Of a stretch of 64,000 bases of DNA, positions 63,506-64,000 are shown in pieces; position 1 is the first letter of the stretch, and every line of letters begins with the position of its first letter. The notes under the pieces are model-generated. The model was given only the letters and a program-made list of their open reading frames with translations, was not told the origin of the DNA and ran no database searches. The DNA comes from Raillietiella orientalis (lineage: Eukaryota): the NCBI GenBank assembly GCA_036172245.1, contig JAYWIR010000032.1, forward strand, positions 2,542,001 through 2,606,000, read 5' to 3'. Position numbers and translations under genes: made by a program.

Positions 63506-63599
63506 GCAGGGTGGACGCGTTTTGTGGGTGCTCCTCGATGCCGAGAACCCGCTCTACTTAGCGAACTGGTCAGTGGTTCAGTGATCGCTCAGGCAGCAA

Positions 63600-64000
63600 T
63601 GCCTGACACGACCACCAGTGAGTGCCAGGGGGCGGTGGCCACGTTGCCCCCAGAGGCGATGGAGGCGGGGGCATCCGCCCCACGGAATCGGTCCCCGCTG
63701 CAGCGCGGGCGTGGAGCGCCGTTGTGGCGGCGTCATCTCCTGCAGCCGCGGCGGAATTATCTGCCTACGTGGAGGAGGGTTATAACCCCTCACTTCTGTA
63801 CAAGGTAGGCAATTTGTACTCTGCCGAGAGCGCGCGCGAATTTTCAAAAGGGATGCGCGCTCTCAACGTACAAGAGGAGGAGCTCTGCGAGATGACCATC
63901 CGCAGCGGGGGGCAGTACGTGGAGGTGATCTGCAAACAGTCAGATTTGGTCCAGCGTCTGCTCAAAACCCCCGTGGTGATGGGGAAACGCAGGCTCCTCC
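63600..64000 (+). mobile_element. Probable start of an L1/Tx1-type ORF1 (RRM-like), running off the window
   Basis: REFSKGMRALNVQEEELCEMTIRSGGQYVEVICKQSDLVQRLLKTPVVMG resembles Tx1 ORF1 RRM segments; by-eye only. Confidence 0.4.

Overview
Eukaryotic (animal, most likely arthropod) genomic DNA; nothing prokaryotic is evident. Three host genes, all on the minus strand, can be spliced together by eye with GT-AG introns in consistent phase: part of a TBC1D1/TBC1D4 (pollux-like) Rab-GAP (PTB-domain exons, 3671-5454), a complete 10-exon polypeptide GalNAc-transferase of the GALNT10/pgant6 type (15094-17648, 589 aa), and a complete 5-exon effector caspase (26380-27845, 400 aa, QACQG). Fifteen of their 18 introns are only 38-61 nt. 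Most of the rest is nested, decayed non-LTR retrotransposons. These include about a dozen fragments of one GC-rich L1/Tx1-like family, several older L1-like ORF2 relics, and a ~6.05-kb NeSL/Utopia-like RLE element inserted with no target duplication into the RT of a Tx1-like copy. There is also a CpG-decayed 28S rRNA fragment. The most unusual signals are: (i) two long ORF1/APE-bearing LINE copies that both begin with a tRNA(His)-like A-box/B-box head followed by a conserved repeat array; (ii) a hairpin directly after AATAAA at six family 3' ends. TE boundaries are approximate unless a junction is quoted. No database searches were run.
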